Assembly (NCBI GenBank): GCA_018817595.1
Contig: JAHITU010000001.1
Span: 32,109 to 96,108 of the forward strand
Source: Patescibacteria group bacterium
GTDB lineage: Bacteria; Patescibacteriota; Minisyncoccia; Phycocordibacterales; UBA12079
Direction: 5' to 3'
DNA: 64,000 bases
Of this stretch, positions 41,480 through 51,116 are shown in pieces (position 1 is the stretch's first letter; each line of letters begins with the position of its first letter). The notes beneath the pieces are model-generated. The model was not told the origin of the DNA, did no database searches, and saw nothing but the letters and a program-made list of their open reading frames with translations. Made by a program: the position numbers and the translations under genes.

Positions 41480-42052
41480 TTATTCTACTTCTACTAAATT
41501 ATCTTTAAAAGATATTAATCTAGGGTCTAATTTCATCACAACTGAAAAAATAATATCTCCTTCACTATTTACTCCTAAATCTGAAAAAATAGGCTCTTTT
41601 ATATCTTTATGTCTACCAAAAATATCTGACTGAATTGCTACAGCTGCATAGCTACTTGCTTTTCCATCTAATGTTAGCAAGTAACCTTCCTTGCTTTTTT
41701 CAAAACTTAAATTGGAATACATAACCTCTTTTAGTGTATTTTCTTCAAGAAAACTAAATAAATGAACTAAGGATATATGTTTATTTAATATATCTTTTGC
41801 AGCTTCCATTCTTTTGTCAAACTGGGATAATTCTTGAATTAATGTCAAATCTAAATTTCCTTTTTCTTTTTCTAAAATTATATTCTTATTTTCAATTTCA
41901 CCTTCTAAAAAGCTTTTGTAAAAGAAAACACCAATAGAGGAAACAATACTTAATACAAAAATAAAAGATGCTATGGTCAAAAATAAACCGACATAGTTTT
42001 TATTAGAAGTTGCTTTGGCATAATTTTTTTTGGGGATAAAAGAAGTTTCCAT
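41480..42052 (-). CDS. pilN: PilN-like protein
   Basis: TSFIPKK N-terminal peptide, TM, coiled coil; follows pilM. Confidence 0.7.
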   Translation of the reverse strand: METSFIPKKNYAKATSNKNYVGLFLTIASFIFVLSIVSSIGVFFYKSFLEGEIENKNIILEKEKGNLDLTLIQELSQFDKRMEAAKDILNKHISLVHLFSFLEENTLKEVMYSNLSFEKSKEGYLLTLDGKASSYAAVAIQSDIFGRHKDIKEPIFSDLGVNSEGDIIFSVVMKLDPRLISFKDNLVEVE

Positions 42053-42126
42053 ATTCTATATTATACATTAAAAAGCAATCTCTATCATAAAAACCTGTGG
42101 ATATAAATTAAAAATTGATTCAAACC

Positions 42127-43311
42127 CTAGGAATTACCGTCTTCTAAACCTCGGAGAGCAAGTCCAACTGCCACAGCGAATTCAGGACCGATTTCCTTTA
42201 GAACCTCATCTAAAAAAGCTGGTGTTCTAACTTTTGAAAAAGGATCTGCTATTTGCGAATTTATTTCTAGATTTTTAGAAGTAAAAGCTGGTAAGCCTTT
42301 AATAACAGAACCTCCTCCTGTAAATATTAATTCTTTTATATTTTTATTGTATATAGACTGATATCTTTTCAAAACTTTATTAGCTTCAATAAAAATATAT
42401 TTTAAATTGGTTGCCATAACATCAGCAATTTCTTTGTCTGAACTTGCTGGATTTTCTAAATCAATTGCTCTTTTTTTCTCCTCAGCTTCTTTAATAGAAA
42501 TTCCTAAAGCTCGAGATATAGCAAGAGATATATCTTGTGAACCTTTATTTATTATATGAGAATCCTTTACAACTCCATATTCAACTATATAAAGTTTACT
42601 AACACTTGCCCCAATATCTAACATAGCTACTGTACTTATATTGTGGTCAATTACAGAACGAATAGTGCTGAAGATTTCTATTTCTAAAAAATTTAAACTA
42701 AGCTCTGCCTGTTTGATTATATTTTGATATCTTTCAATGGCATTTTTATGGATAGCAACTACAAAAATTTTTACTTTTTCTCCTTGCTTGAATTTTTCAT
42801 CTTTTTTATCATAATTATTATAATTAATAGCTGGTCTATTATCTTTTTCAATATCATCTGGTTCGTCATCAATAAGAGGGTCATCAGGAATAATTCGCCA
42901 ATCCAAAATTACTTCAGAAATAGGCACTGGAATATATCTTCTAGCTTCAATAGGAATGATTTTCTTTAATTGATCTTCTGTCATCTTTGGAATTTCCATA
43001 TCAAAAACCAAAGCAGATCGAATTGGTATACACACTCCACATTCTGAAACATTCACGCGGGATTCTTCTAATAAATTAATCAAAGATGCGCTAATCTGTT
43101 TATCGCTTAAGTTGGTAGACCTTCCAACTTCTGTCCCACCTGCTGGACCTAAAGATAATTCTCCATAAGTTTCTAAAATAGCTACTCCCTTTTCTTTTTT
43201 AAGTTGAACTACTTTAATAGCGGAAGAACCAATATCAACGCCCAAAAAACTTTGTGATTTTTTTTGAAGAAAATTTAAATTTTTTAACTTTTCAGTAATA
43301 TTTTCAAACAT
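42127..43311 (-). CDS. pilM: type IV pilus assembly protein PilM
   Basis: GVDIGSSAIK, LDIGAS, TGGGS, AVGLALR. Confidence 0.93.
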   Translation of the reverse strand: MFENITEKLKNLNFLQKKSQSFLGVDIGSSAIKVVQLKKEKGVAILETYGELSLGPAGGTEVGRSTNLSDKQISASLINLLEESRVNVSECGVCIPIRSALVFDMEIPKMTEDQLKKIIPIEARRYIPVPISEVILDWRIIPDDPLIDDEPDDIEKDNRPAINYNNYDKKDEKFKQGEKVKIFVVAIHKNAIERYQNIIKQAELSLNFLEIEIFSTIRSVIDHNISTVAMLDIGASVSKLYIVEYGVVKDSHIINKGSQDISLAISRALGISIKEAEEKKRAIDLENPASSDKEIADVMATNLKYIFIEANKVLKRYQSIYNKNIKELIFTGGGSVIKGLPAFTSKNLEINSQIADPFSKVRTPAFLDEVLKEIGPEFAVAVGLALRGLEDGNS

Positions 43312-43337
43312 TGTAAGAATATTATATCATATAGAGA

Positions 43338-44012
43338 ATGAAAGTCTGCAATAAATTTAACAAAATCTGTGGAATAATCTTGAATATCATTATTCCCCTA
43401 AATAATACCCAAAAAAATTTGAAGAATATATCTCCTGAAGAATTTTTATCTCTAACATCTCAAAGGAAGGTTCAATTTCCTCCTATTAAAAATTCAGTGG
43501 CTATATTCAGTTACAAAAGCAAACTGGTAAAACAAGCGATTTGGTCCCTAAAATTTAAAAATAACTCTGAAATTTCAAAACTTTTTGGAGAAATACTTTA
43601 TGATTATTTAATAGAGGAGTTAGCTGATTTAAAATTGTCTCATAATTTTGATAAGCCTATTTTAATTCCCATCCCTATAACAAGAAAAAAGAAATTAGAA
43701 AGGGGTTATAACCAAACGGAATTAATCGCCCAAGAAATTAACAAATTAGATAACAATAATTCTTTTGAATACCGAAAGAATATTCTTAAAAAAATAAAAA
43801 ACACTTTACCTCAATCCCGCACTAGTAACAAAAAAGAACGAGAAGAAAATTTAAAAGGGTGTTTTAAAGTAATAATGCCCAAACTAATCAAAAACAGAAA
43901 TATTATTCTACTAGATGATGTTATTACTACAGGGGCTACTTTGACAGAAGCTAAAAAAACTCTTCAACAATATAAACCTAGAAATATTATTTGTGTTAGT
44001 TTGGCACACTAG
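43338..44012 (+). CDS. comF: ComF family competence phosphoribosyltransferase-like protein
   Basis: RGYNQ, LLDDVITTGATL. Confidence 0.88.
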   Translation: MKVCNKFNKICGIILNIIIPLNNTQKNLKNISPEEFLSLTSQRKVQFPPIKNSVAIFSYKSKLVKQAIWSLKFKNNSEISKLFGEILYDYLIEELADLKLSHNFDKPILIPIPITRKKKLERGYNQTELIAQEINKLDNNNSFEYRKNILKKIKNTLPQSRTSNKKEREENLKGCFKVIMPKLIKNRNIILLDDVITTGATLTEAKKTLQQYKPRNIICVSLAH

Positions 44013-44078
44013 AAAAATAAATTTAATTAAATTTATTTTTTAGATTTAAGATTTAGGAATTAAGATTTAAGATTTAAG

Positions 44079-44110
44079 TCACCTCATCGGCGACCCGCCA
44101 AGGAGGCGGG
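44079..44110. repeat. family B 32-bp palindrome inserted in an AGATTTA heptamer array
   Basis: TCACCTCATCGGCGACCCGCCAAGGAGGCGGG; relatives at 17331, 23728, 23927. Confidence 0.85.
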
Positions 44111-44130
44111 ATTTAAGATAACGGATTTTA

Positions 44131-44682
44131 TTATTTCAATAAATTAATTTTTTCACCCATTTCAATCTGAAGCCTGTCTATACTATCGTGTTTAAATATT
44201 TTAGCCTGCACCTCTTCAGAAAACATTTCCTTTACGTCTTCACTATATAACGCTCCGTCTCGTGGAATTTTAAAACTAAATTTTTCTGGGTCGTAAAAAG
44301 AAAGTTCATTAGGATAATCTAACAATAAAGGAAGAGAAGCTCCACTTAATTTTTCAACTTCTCCATTTTCTAACATAATATATTCACTACAATAAACCCA
44401 AAGAGATAATGGGAATAATTCGTTTTCTAAATCCAGATTTTCAAAGACACAAATATTTGAACTTCCCTCTCTTGTTTGCCAAGCAACCTCTGGTAGAGTA
44501 ATTAAATATTTTTCTATTGTTTCTATTAACATAGGATTTAATCCTTTATTAATGTTTTCAATTTCTGTAATTTCTTGAGGTGTTTCAATAAATTCCGATT
44601 CATCAAACATTAAGAAATCAAAAAATTGAATTCCGAAGATGATTATTATTAGGGCTATTATTGTGTAGATTGTTTTTTTCAT
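44131..44682 (-). CDS. membrane-anchored hypothetical protein
   Basis: N-terminal TM, acidic soluble domain. Confidence 0.65.
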   Translation of the reverse strand: MKKTIYTIIALIIIIFGIQFFDFLMFDESEFIETPQEITEIENINKGLNPMLIETIEKYLITLPEVAWQTREGSSNICVFENLDLENELFPLSLWVYCSEYIMLENGEVEKLSGASLPLLLDYPNELSFYDPEKFSFKIPRDGALYSEDVKEMFSEEVQAKIFKHDSIDRLQIEMGEKINLLK

Positions 44683-44724
44683 ATTAGTTCATAATATCAT
44701 AATTAATGGGTTTTTATAAGATAT

Positions 44725-45021
44725 TGAAAGGGAGGGATTCGGTCACTCTCATGGATATTTATTTCACCAGCACTTTTGTAAAAAGTGCTGGGTATATTCG
44801 TTCGGTTCGAATTCCTCCCTCTCATTCATAGGTTGCTAATTTCAAATACCTTAATCGGTATTTGAAATTAGCAATGCGGAGAGGGAGGGATTCGGTCACG
44901 AATCACTAAGTAAAATTTTTCGCAAGCTCAAATTTTACTAAGTGTTCTCGACCCCGACTCGCCAGTATGAAAATTCACTGAAGTGAATTTTCTCTGGCTC
45001 CGTCCTTCGAATCCCTCCTCA
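44725..45021. repeat. two tandem inverted-repeat units derived from the tRNA-Ser 3' end
   Basis: GGGAGGGATTCGGTCAC...TTCGAAT(T/C)CCTCC twice, each followed by a long hairpin. Confidence 0.7.
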
Positions 45022-45207
45022 CTGACAAAACAATAATAAAAGACAACAACTTAGGTTGCTGTCTTTTATTATTGTTGCGGGCAACCTCGGTCTGGAACCG
45101 TAGGTTACCAAGCCCTGCAAGGCGGTTTTAAGCTTTTTAGAGCTACTAACCGAAGGATCCTCGTGCGCCTTTATTTTTTATATCTAATCAATTCTTCTAA
45201 TAATAAA

Positions 45208-45753
45208 TTAACCATAAACCTGTTTACATTGATCTGCAGTTAATGTAAATTTAGAAAGTTTCGGCATTACTTCTTGAGCTTTTATAGCATCATCAAAAAA
45301 ATCATTAACTTCTTTTAGAGTTATTTTAATTTCATCAATACTTATAGATGGGTTTCCTATATGATGAATTATTAAATTTCTTTTATTTAAAAACTTATGA
45401 CAACTACTTACAAAATCCTTTAAATATTGGTTTATTTCTTCGAGTTCATCTTCGTCGAGATCACCTTTTAATTTTCTTAAAGGAATCATTTTTTTAATAT
45501 TTTTAAGTATTTTTCGGGTATCTATTTTTTCTTCATAAAAGAACTGATCCTCTTTAGGTTTTTTGAATTCCTGTTTAGTTTCAAGAGCTTCTTTAACCCA
45601 TATTTGCTCTAATACTCTAAATACCTGAATGCAAGAAAATTCAAGTAATCCAGCTCTAATTGTAAGTCCACCTATTTGTTTTGCTAGATTTTCTGATTCT
45701 ATTGCAGTTTTTGCAATTTGAGTTAATTTATTTAATTTAGATATTTGATTCAT
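45208..45753 (-). CDS. hypothetical helical protein with HEPN-like RxxxxH motif (start revised to MNQISK)
   Basis: RNLIIH near the C-terminus, upstream GLLE. Confidence 0.5.
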   Translation of the reverse strand: MNQISKLNKLTQIAKTAIESENLAKQIGGLTIRAGLLEFSCIQVFRVLEQIWVKEALETKQEFKKPKEDQFFYEEKIDTRKILKNIKKMIPLRKLKGDLDEDELEEINQYLKDFVSSCHKFLNKRNLIIHHIGNPSISIDEIKITLKEVNDFFDDAIKAQEVMPKLSKFTLTADQCKQVYG

Positions 45754-45834
45754 TTTAATTAAATTATTTATTAATTTTAAAAAGTGACAAAAGTGACACA
45801 TAATTGATATATAAAGTTACACTCCTCTGTAACT

Positions 45835-46764
45835 CTACGCTTCCCGTTTCTCAAACTCTTCTTCAAACTTCTTAAGTATTTCAGGTTGTAAGCAGTATTC
45901 TCTTATTTTTTTCTCCTGTTTACTACTTATCGTGTTTTTATATTTAGCATAATTTAGTAACTGTATATCTGGAAACGAGAATCTGGCATTAATCTTTTTG
46001 CCCCTGTGTATTACATGGAAATGTTTATCGTGGTCATCACTGTATACTCTCAATTCAAAACCCTGAAAGTCGGAAACTAATCCTTTGAGTAGTGGACCTC
46101 TCCATTCTAGAGCATCTTTGTATCGATCTTCCAACTCTTTTTCCTTCTTATCATTCTCGCTATAAAGATAATCTTCAAATGAGTCTTCTGATTTCTCGAG
46201 TATATCTAAAATTCCTACAGCAATACCAATATTTTTGCCGTGAATATGTTGCTCCGTGTCTAAAGATTTTTGTTTACGACTTTCATATATTTTTGATAAT
46301 TCCGCGTAATAATTTTTAAGATCATCTTCATATTGTGTGATTACTTTGCCAATCTTACCATGACGTTCTAGTATTTCCTGATCAGCACCTTTTTCCGGTT
46401 CCAGCTCTTTGACGATTATCGGTATAAAAATTGATTGTTCTTTTTCACTTTGACCACTCAGTTTAATGGTCATTCGTCCTTGTGACTCTTTTATAAAACC
46501 AACGTTAAATTGATTAAATTGAAATACTTCCTTAAAAGTGATATATCCAAATAATCTTGATAAAAGAGTGACTTTACCAACCGATATGTTTGAACCAAGT
46601 ATTGTTTGAGCTTTGATATCTATCAGTTCCAGACTGATGTCTCTAGAAAAACCGTACGGGGTTTTTAGCCAAGACAACGGGACATTCCCCGAGATGAGGA
46701 ATCTAGCGCCAACGTTTTGAAATGGTTTTGGATCCGATATGTAGATTTTATTTTCTCTTCGCAT
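45835..46764 (-). CDS. Ig-like (Gmad2-like) + coiled coil + DUF4160-like domain protein
   Basis: C-terminal LRVYSDDHDKHFHV..ARF; N-terminal IYISDPKP..V...LISG. Confidence 0.55.
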   Translation of the reverse strand: MRRENKIYISDPKPFQNVGARFLISGNVPLSWLKTPYGFSRDISLELIDIKAQTILGSNISVGKVTLLSRLFGYITFKEVFQFNQFNVGFIKESQGRMTIKLSGQSEKEQSIFIPIIVKELEPEKGADQEILERHGKIGKVITQYEDDLKNYYAELSKIYESRKQKSLDTEQHIHGKNIGIAVGILDILEKSEDSFEDYLYSENDKKEKELEDRYKDALEWRGPLLKGLVSDFQGFELRVYSDDHDKHFHVIHRGKKINARFSFPDIQLLNYAKYKNTISSKQEKKIREYCLQPEILKKFEEEFEKREA

Positions 46765-47050
46765 TTTTAATTAACTTTACTAAATCTTCTTCTTTTTCAT
46801 AAACCCTAAATTTTCCAGACAAGACACCAAGTCTGTAATCTATACCTTCACTCATTAATCGCCAGTTTGTATCTTCTAATCTTTTCTTTATTAATTTCTT
46901 CAAATTATTTTTACTATCATATTCGTTTTCTGTTTTAGAGTCTTCGAGAGTAAAAGATAAAGAAACAATTCTATCCATATCAGGTTTATCAAAGATAAGA
47001 TTAGAATAATGAGTGTCTTTTAAAATTTCAACAACATGTTCTTTAAAACA
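46748..47050 (-). pseudogene. probable C-terminal remnant of a hypothetical gene, in frame with sduA
   Basis: frame open from the codon after the sduA TAG through the 76-aa ORF (EYDSK..LEDTNWRLMSEGIDYRLG). Confidence 0.5.
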
Positions 47051-48439
47051 CTACTCGTATTGAGAATGAATATTTTTTACATAATCTTCTGTTACTTGCA
47101 AAATTTCATCGAATGTTAGTATTTCAATATTTTGCAAAGAATTTCTTAGTTTAGTGAAGTCTCTTTTTAAACATTTACTTTTCACTTTATCTAGCTTACT
47201 TGTTGTTAATTTTTTATTGGAGGAAATAATAATAATTCCTCTTGGGTGATAAAGATTTTCTTCTTCTGTTATATTGGTAATTTTTTTCTCATCGGAGCTA
47301 TTTTGGAATCTTTTTTGAACTATAGCGTCCATGTAATTCATAGTTTGTATAATTGCCTTACTAAGTTCTGAAGAAAAACCAAAATTTTTATGAGAAGGAT
47401 CCCAGACAAGAGTGGTTTTTAAATGAGTTTTAATCTCAATAATATCAAGACCGTTATAATGATTTACACCAACAAAATCAGGATATTTTTTATCACCTTC
47501 AACATCTTTGAATTCAATTTTAGGATATATTTTTTTGTAAGAAAATACGAGATATAATAAATATTTCTCAAAAAATTTCTGCCACAAACTTTCAAGTTGG
47601 TTTATTTCTTCAACATTATCAACAATTTTTAATATTACATTTTTAGCCTTTTCCGTCTTCATGTCTGTCGTTCCCAGGCTAAGAATTTCTTTTCCGATTA
47701 TTATAATATCCTTCAGTTTTTCTTTTATAAAGTATTCGTCAAGAGATCTTAAAAAATCAGATGAAAAAACCTCGTCTTTAATTAATTTTTCTGTAAAATA
47801 TTCTAAATTATTTGTATCTTCTATATCTAGATAATTTATATAGTCTTTCTTTTCATTTTTATTTTTTAAATTAAAACGCTCCACCATAAAAGAAAAATCT
47901 CCTTTAGCAATAGTCGTTGTTTCTCTAGGCATCTTGTTTGTATATTTTAATTTTAATTTATTTATTAAGAATGTTTCTAGTCTATTTTTACTAGACTTTC
48001 CTTTTTTAAAAACCTCGTAAGAATCAGAGGCCATATCAATAAAAATCGACTCGGGGATTTGTATAGTTTTTTCTTTTGTTTTCCTTAATATTTTTTTGCC
48101 ACCGTAGATTATTTTTATCTTTTCAAAAGAGTTATTGATATCTAATATATTTTTTATATATTCAAACCAACTTATATCATATCCATTAATATAACGAACA
48201 TTTAAGACATCCCAAATATTAGTTTTATATGAAATTACCAAAGTTTGTCTATTATTCTTTTTTTCATAAATATTTTTTGACTTTTTATAGTAATAAAAAT
48301 CAATATAAACACTTTTATCATCAAAGATAACAATGTTACCAGCAGGGCAAGATATTTTTTCATCTTCAAAAACCATCTCTGGCCACTCTAGATTTTTAAA
48401 GAATTCAATAATTTTTTCTCTAGATTCTCTTGGGGTCAT
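47051..48439 (-). CDS. sduA: Shedu anti-phage nuclease (DUF4263)
   Basis: ESLWQKFF, YPDF..IIEIKT, SSELSKAIIQ..Y, PRGIIII, IEILTFDEI. Confidence 0.85.
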   Translation of the reverse strand: MTPRESREKIIEFFKNLEWPEMVFEDEKISCPAGNIVIFDDKSVYIDFYYYKKSKNIYEKKNNRQTLVISYKTNIWDVLNVRYINGYDISWFEYIKNILDINNSFEKIKIIYGGKKILRKTKEKTIQIPESIFIDMASDSYEVFKKGKSSKNRLETFLINKLKLKYTNKMPRETTTIAKGDFSFMVERFNLKNKNEKKDYINYLDIEDTNNLEYFTEKLIKDEVFSSDFLRSLDEYFIKEKLKDIIIIGKEILSLGTTDMKTEKAKNVILKIVDNVEEINQLESLWQKFFEKYLLYLVFSYKKIYPKIEFKDVEGDKKYPDFVGVNHYNGLDIIEIKTHLKTTLVWDPSHKNFGFSSELSKAIIQTMNYMDAIVQKRFQNSSDEKKITNITEEENLYHPRGIIIISSNKKLTTSKLDKVKSKCLKRDFTKLRNSLQNIEILTFDEILQVTEDYVKNIHSQYE

Positions 48440-48649
48440 TTATTTTTTCTTACGATTATAAGGTGATTGATTTGTAGGTTTTAAGCTAACACCAAGATTC
48501 GATGCTTTGCTACTAACTCCTCCTACTGGTCGACCGAGTTTAAGTCCAATAACACGCGTTGGTGTATTTTTCCTCGCAAGTTCTTTTAATTGTTTTTCTT
48601 CAATAGGTGTCCATTTTTTACCTGCATTTTTTATATATTTTTTTACCAT
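48440..48649 (-). CDS. small basic HTH (Myb/GcrA-like) protein
   Basis: KWTPIEEKQLKEL..TRVIGLKLGR..VSSKAS; stop codon abuts the sduA ATG. Confidence 0.7.
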   Translation of the reverse strand: MVKKYIKNAGKKWTPIEEKQLKELARKNTPTRVIGLKLGRPVGGVSSKASNLGVSLKPTNQSPYNRKKK

Positions 48650-48654
48650 GTTTT

Positions 48655-49305
48655 TTATAAGTTAGGATTTTTAATAATATCGACAACTTTACCACTAATA
48701 ATTAAATCACTTTCATCAACAAAAATAGGGTGATGTCCTTTTTCTGTTGATTCTGATACAAGAATAATTTGTTTATTTTCTTGATCTAGTTTATATTTTT
48801 TAATATTTGCAAGACCGTCTATTACTGAAACTACAACATCATTTGGTCTGGGTCTTGAATAATTACTATCTACAACAACATAATCACCATCTTCTATATT
48901 TTTACCGTTAACGTTTGTGTTATTCATTGAATTTCCACTAGCTATAATTACATATAATTCTTTTTTACGATGAGGTAACCTTTTTGAAGATATTTTAAGA
49001 TATCCTTCAATTCTTTCATTTGCGAAAATGGTTGCTGGACCACAATTTGCTGAACCAACTATAGGTAATGAAAAAATATTTGTTTTATTACCTATACCTA
49101 CAACACCTCTTTTTACGACGTTAATTATATTCTCACTAAGATTAACCCTAAGTAAACCTTTTTTATCAAGTTGTAATAAATGATGTTTAGCAATTTGAGG
49201 TTTATTTGATGCTCCTATAAGGTTAGCTATCTGCCTAAGACTCATTTTCCCTAAATTGGGATTATCTTGGGCAAGATTATAAAGTTTTTGTTGATATTCA
49301 TTCAT
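48655..49305 (-). CDS. LexA/CI-like S24 autopeptidase repressor
   Basis: N-terminal HTH (SLRQIANLIG), PIVGSANCG cleavage site, GNSM Ser, NIKK Lys. Confidence 0.85.
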   Translation of the reverse strand: MNEYQQKLYNLAQDNPNLGKMSLRQIANLIGASNKPQIAKHHLLQLDKKGLLRVNLSENIINVVKRGVVGIGNKTNIFSLPIVGSANCGPATIFANERIEGYLKISSKRLPHRKKELYVIIASGNSMNNTNVNGKNIEDGDYVVVDSNYSRPRPNDVVVSVIDGLANIKKYKLDQENKQIILVSESTEKGHHPIFVDESDLIISGKVVDIIKNPNL

Positions 49306-49313
49306 ATGTGCCT

Positions 49314-49398
49314 ATTATAACAAATTTAGTTAAATAATGCAAGTTTTTATGTAAAGTATTTTTACACTCTTGACACATAAACTTCTTAAGAGTAATAT
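49314..49398. promoter_or_regulatory. divergent promoter pair with candidate operator palindromes
   Basis: minus TTGCAT(49342-37)-17-TATAAT(49319-14); plus TTGACA(49370)-17-TAATAT(49393); TGTAAA-N5-TTTACA between. Confidence 0.65.
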
Positions 49399-49442
49399 TA
49401 AGCATAGTCGAATATTATTAATATTAATTAACATAAAATATT

Positions 49443-49673
49443 ATGTCAAAATACATTCTTAATCAAAATAAACAGGATTCTAAAAGTGGTGAAAATTATG
49501 AATTACACAACGAAGAAACTTGTCATCACTTACCTGATCCAGAGAATAGGCTTTTTGTAGGATATTTCGATAATTGTCACGATGCTAAAGCACGTGCAAA
49601 AGAAAGATACCCATTAATGAGTTCTGATATTGATGGTTGTTATCATTGTTGCAATTCTTGTCACAATGAATAA
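49443..49673 (+). CDS. small Cys/His-rich putative metal-binding protein
   Basis: ELH..TC..LP...R..VG.F.NC..A...DGCYHCCNSCH. Confidence 0.75.
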   Translation: MSKYILNQNKQDSKSGENYELHNEETCHHLPDPENRLFVGYFDNCHDAKARAKERYPLMSSDIDGCYHCCNSCHNE

Positions 49674-49823
49674 TTAAAATTAAATATTGTAGTTATGTGA
49701 AGAAGTATTAAGCAGATTTTAAAAGTCTGCATGAAAATGTGTTTGAAAAAGTAACAACGCATTTTTATGCAGGCTTTTTGCTTTGTGTGAAATGCAATTA
49801 ATAGCATTAAACATAAAAATATA

Positions 49824-51116
49824 ATGAATAAGAAAAATTTATTGCCACTTGAATGGCATACAGAGAAATTATTAGTTAAAGATTTGAAATCTTGGAAAGA
49901 AAATCCGAGAACAATTACAAAAGAAAGTCTTGCAAAGTTAAAGGATAGAATTATACAACGAGGGATGCATGATGTAGTAAAAATAGATACAGATAATACA
50001 ATCTTATCAGGAAATCAAAGAAGAAAAGTGCTTATTGATATGGATATAAAAGAAGTAACCGCTCTTATCCCTAATCGACCTCTTACAAAAGAAGAAAGAG
50101 ATAAAGTCGCACTTGAAAGTAACCATAACGATGGTGAGTGGAATTTTGATGAATTAAAATCATTTGACTTAGACACTCTTATCGATGTAGGTTTTGATAA
50201 AACAAGGTTGGAAGATATATGGGACGAACATTTAGAAGTAACTAATGATGATTTTGATGAAGTCGCTGAATTAGAAAAAATAAAGGAAACAGATATTAAA
50301 TCAGGTGACATGTTTAAATTAGGAAAACACACTTTAATTTGTGGAAATGCTCTTGATCCAAATGTTGTTAACCGTCTTATGGGAGATGTTAGAGCTGATT
50401 TTATTGATGATGATTTACCTTTTAACATAGGTTTATCTTATGATAAAGGAGTGGGTAATAAATCGAGTTATGGTGGTACAACAGATGATAACAAAACAGA
50501 TGAAGAATATAGAATTTTTGTAAAAACAATTATACAAAATGCATTATCTGTTTCAAAACCAAATTGTCATTATATCTTTTGGTGCGACGAAAGATATGTC
50601 TGGTTATTTCAGACTCTATATAAAGAACTAGGAATTGATTCTAAAAGATTGCTTATTTGGTTGAAGAATAATAGTTCCCCGACACCCACTGTAGCATTCA
50701 ATAAAGTAACAGAATTTGCCGTATACGGTACTCGTGGAAAAGTTTATCTTTCTAAAAGTGTTAACAACTTACATGAAATTACTAACAAAGAATTTACAAC
50801 AGGTAATAGTTTATCTGAGGAAATTCTAGATCAGTTGAATATTTGGATAGTTAAGAGACTACCAAGTAACCAATATTCTCACCCTACGCAGAAGAATCCT
50901 GAATTACATGAAAAAGCGCTTCGTAGATGTACAAGATCAGGTGATGTTGTTTTGGATTTAACAGCAGGTTCAGGAAGTTTACTTTCGGCATGTGAACAAT
51001 TAAATCGTGTAGCGTATTTGTGTGAATTAGAACCAATATTTTGTCAGGTCATTATTAATCGTTTCCATGCTCAAACTGGAATTAAAGCAGTAAAAATAGA
51101 ACATGAAAAAAGATAG
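49824..51116 (+). CDS. ParB-like N-terminal domain + DNA N4/N6 methyltransferase
   Basis: ENPR..ILSGNQR; DLPFN (motif IV variant), HPTQK, VLDLTAGSGS. Confidence 0.85.
   Translation: MNKKNLLPLEWHTEKLLVKDLKSWKENPRTITKESLAKLKDRIIQRGMHDVVKIDTDNTILSGNQRRKVLIDMDIKEVTALIPNRPLTKEERDKVALESNHNDGEWNFDELKSFDLDTLIDVGFDKTRLEDIWDEHLEVTNDDFDEVAELEKIKETDIKSGDMFKLGKHTLICGNALDPNVVNRLMGDVRADFIDDDLPFNIGLSYDKGVGNKSSYGGTTDDNKTDEEYRIFVKTIIQNALSVSKPNCHYIFWCDERYVWLFQTLYKELGIDSKRLLIWLKNNSSPTPTVAFNKVTEFAVYGTRGKVYLSKSVNNLHEITNKEFTTGNSLSEEILDQLNIWIVKRLPSNQYSHPTQKNPELHEKALRRCTRSGDVVLDLTAGSGSLLSACEQLNRVAYLCELEPIFCQVIINRFHAQTGIKAVKIEHEKR

Noticed and set aside
30897-44012. Pilus locus without pilQ as a novelty
   Set aside because: Secretin-less type IV pilus loci with comF are an expected feature of Patescibacteria.
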